Source of the DNA: Carpediemonas membranifera BICM
Lineage: Eukaryota > Protista > Fornicata
Reading direction: 5' to 3'
DNA: 64,000 bases
Assembly (NCBI GenBank): GCA_019828565.1
Contig: JAHDYR010000036.1
Location: 62,001-126,000 of the forward strand
This document shows, piece by piece, positions 62,486 to 64,000 of the stretch. Positions within the stretch are counted from its first letter, which is position 1, and each line of letters opens with the position of its first letter. The notes below the pieces were generated by a model. That model made no database searches. It saw only the letters and a list, made by a program, of their open reading frames with translations, and was not told where the DNA came from. The position numbers were made by a program, and so were the translations under genes.

Positions 62486-64000
62486 ATGCAGAAGCAGAAG
62501 GCCAAGTACCTCAAGATCCTCTCTCAACAGTACCCGACGCTGGAAACGGCCGCATGCGAGGCTATCAACCTCCGCGCTATCCTCGGGCTGCCGAAGGGTA
62601 CTGAGCAATATGTCAGTGACCTGCATGGCGCGTTCTACTCGTTCGATCATACCCTTAGAAACGCCAGTGGCGTTGTACGTTTCAAGATCGAGCAGGCCTT
62701 CGGCATGACGCTTTCTGAGTCTGAGCGGGCAGAACTAGGCATGCTCGTCTACTACCCCGAGCAGAAGATGCGTCTCATATTCCAGGCGATGCCCGAGGTC
62801 GCTGCGAGAGATGACTGGCTCGCCGTCAACATCTACAGGCTCGTGATGGTAGCCCGACTGGCCGCATCGAAGTACACCCGGTCGAAGGTGACCAAGGCCC
62901 TCCCCAAGCAGTTCAGCTACATGATCAACGAGCTCATCCATGAGCAAGAGACGGATCCCGACAAGCGAACCTACTATACCTCCATCATCCGGGAGGCCAT
63001 TGACCTCGGTCAGGGCGCGTCTCTGCTCGTTGCCCTTTGCCGTCTGATCCAACGTCTGGCTGTGGACCACCTCCATGTTCTGGGCGATGTTTACGACCGC
63101 GGCTCCATGGCACACCGCATCATGGACACCCTCATGCATTTCCACAGCATCGACGTCGCCTGGGGCAACCATGACATGCTGTGGATGGGTGCTGCGGCTG
63201 GGTCGCTCGCCTGCATCTGCAACGTTCTCAGAATCAGCCTCCGTTATAACAACCTCGACACGATCGAGAACGGGTACGGTATCAGCCTGCTTCCACTCGC
63301 GACCTTTGCTATGGAGACCTACGCCGACGACCCATGCGAGCAGTTCATCCCCAAGGGCGAGAAGGGCATGAACCAACGCCTCGTGTCACAGCTCCATAAG
63401 GCTATTGCGGTCATGCAGTTTAAGGTAGAGTCAACACTCATCGACCGCAACCCGTCGTTCGACATGGCAGACCGGCAGTCTCTCCGCATGGTCGACTGGG
63501 AGAACTACACGATCACCATCGACGGGCAGACATATCCGCTCAAGGACAAGGTGTGGCCCACGGTCGACCCAGCCAACCCGACTGCCCTCAGCGAGGCCGA
63601 GATCAAGGTGCTGCAGCGGCTGCGGTACTCCTTCCAATCGTCCCCGGGTCTGCAGGAGCACATCCGGTTCCTATTCCAGGTGGGGTCCATCTATCTGGTC
63701 AAGAACGGTGACCTCCTCTTCCATGGCTGCATCCCAGTCAACGCGGATGGTACACTCATCCCGAACCGGATATTCGGAAAGCCCCTGGTCGGTGTGGCAC
63801 AGCTTGACGCCTTCGACAAGGCTGCCCGCGATGGTTATTTCCTTCCCGAGATCACGCCCATTGAGCTGGCAGCCCATGAAGGCGACCAAAGCACGTCCGG
63901 ACATGCCCGTAAGCAGTTTGGCCAGGACGTCGCTTGGTATCTTTGGGCTGGTCCTGTCTCGCCCCTGTTTGGCCGTAGCAAAATGGCCACCTTCGAGCGG
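62486..64000 (+). CDS. fbp: Class III (Firmicute-type) fructose-1,6-bisphosphatase, 5' part; runs off window end
   Basis: Not in the ORF track. Manual translation: MQKQKAKYLKILSQQYPT...EAINLRAILGLPKGTEQYVSDLHG...LRNASG...ASKYTRSKV...VDHLHVLGDVYDRG...WGNHDMLWMGAAAG. Confidence 0.9.
   Translation, partial: MQKQKAKYLKILSQQYPTLETAACEAINLRAILGLPKGTEQYVSDLHGAFYSFDHTLRNASGVVRFKIEQAFGMTLSESERAELGMLVYYPEQKMRLIFQAMPEVAARDDWLAVNIYRLVMVARLAASKYTRSKVTKALPKQFSYMINELIHEQETDPDKRTYYTSIIREAIDLGQGASLLVALCRLIQRLAVDHLHVLGDVYDRGSMAHRIMDTLMHFHSIDVAWGNHDMLWMGAAAGSLACICNVLRISLRYNNLDTIENGYGISLLPLATFAMETYADDPCEQFIPKGEKGMNQRLVSQLHKAIAVMQFKVESTLIDRNPSFDMADRQSLRMVDWENYTITIDGQTYPLKDKVWPTVDPANPTALSEAEIKVLQRLRYSFQSSPGLQEHIRFLFQVGSIYLVKNGDLLFHGCIPVNADGTLIPNRIFGKPLVGVAQLDAFDKAARDGYFLPEITPIELAAHEGDQSTSGHARKQFGQDVAWYLWAGPVSPLFGRSKMATFER

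Overview
Gene-dense, GC-rich eukaryotic nuclear DNA with very short (28-34 nt) GT-AG spliceosomal introns. A PPi-dependent PFK, a divergent Tom40 and a bacterial-type FBPase suggest an anaerobic protist. A free-living fornicate/metamonad such as Carpediemonas is plausible, but this is inference only. Recognisable host genes: class I PI3K (partial), SMC5, two near-identical PP1 copies flanking Tom40, RUVBL1, SWR1, PIG-A, PP5, UPF2, Snu23/ZMAT2, LysRS, H2B, NDK, PPi-PFK, class III FBPase (partial), two AEC-family transporters and several surface/TPR/BTB proteins. The standout is an intronless TnpB/Fanzor1-like RNA-guided nuclease ORF (44561-46090). It has an intact RuvC D-E-D triad and zinc finger, no transposase nearby, and is followed by a strongly base-paired non-coding segment that is a candidate omegaRNA. 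Reading the sequence directly also revealed genes the ORF track misses or truncates (a 4-exon Hub1/UBL5, the NDK 5' exons, PI3K, FBPase III). It also showed a tight fused branch-point/acceptor motif (TYACWYAG) and a histone-type 3' stem-loop behind H2B. All family calls come from motif recognition by eye; no searches were run.
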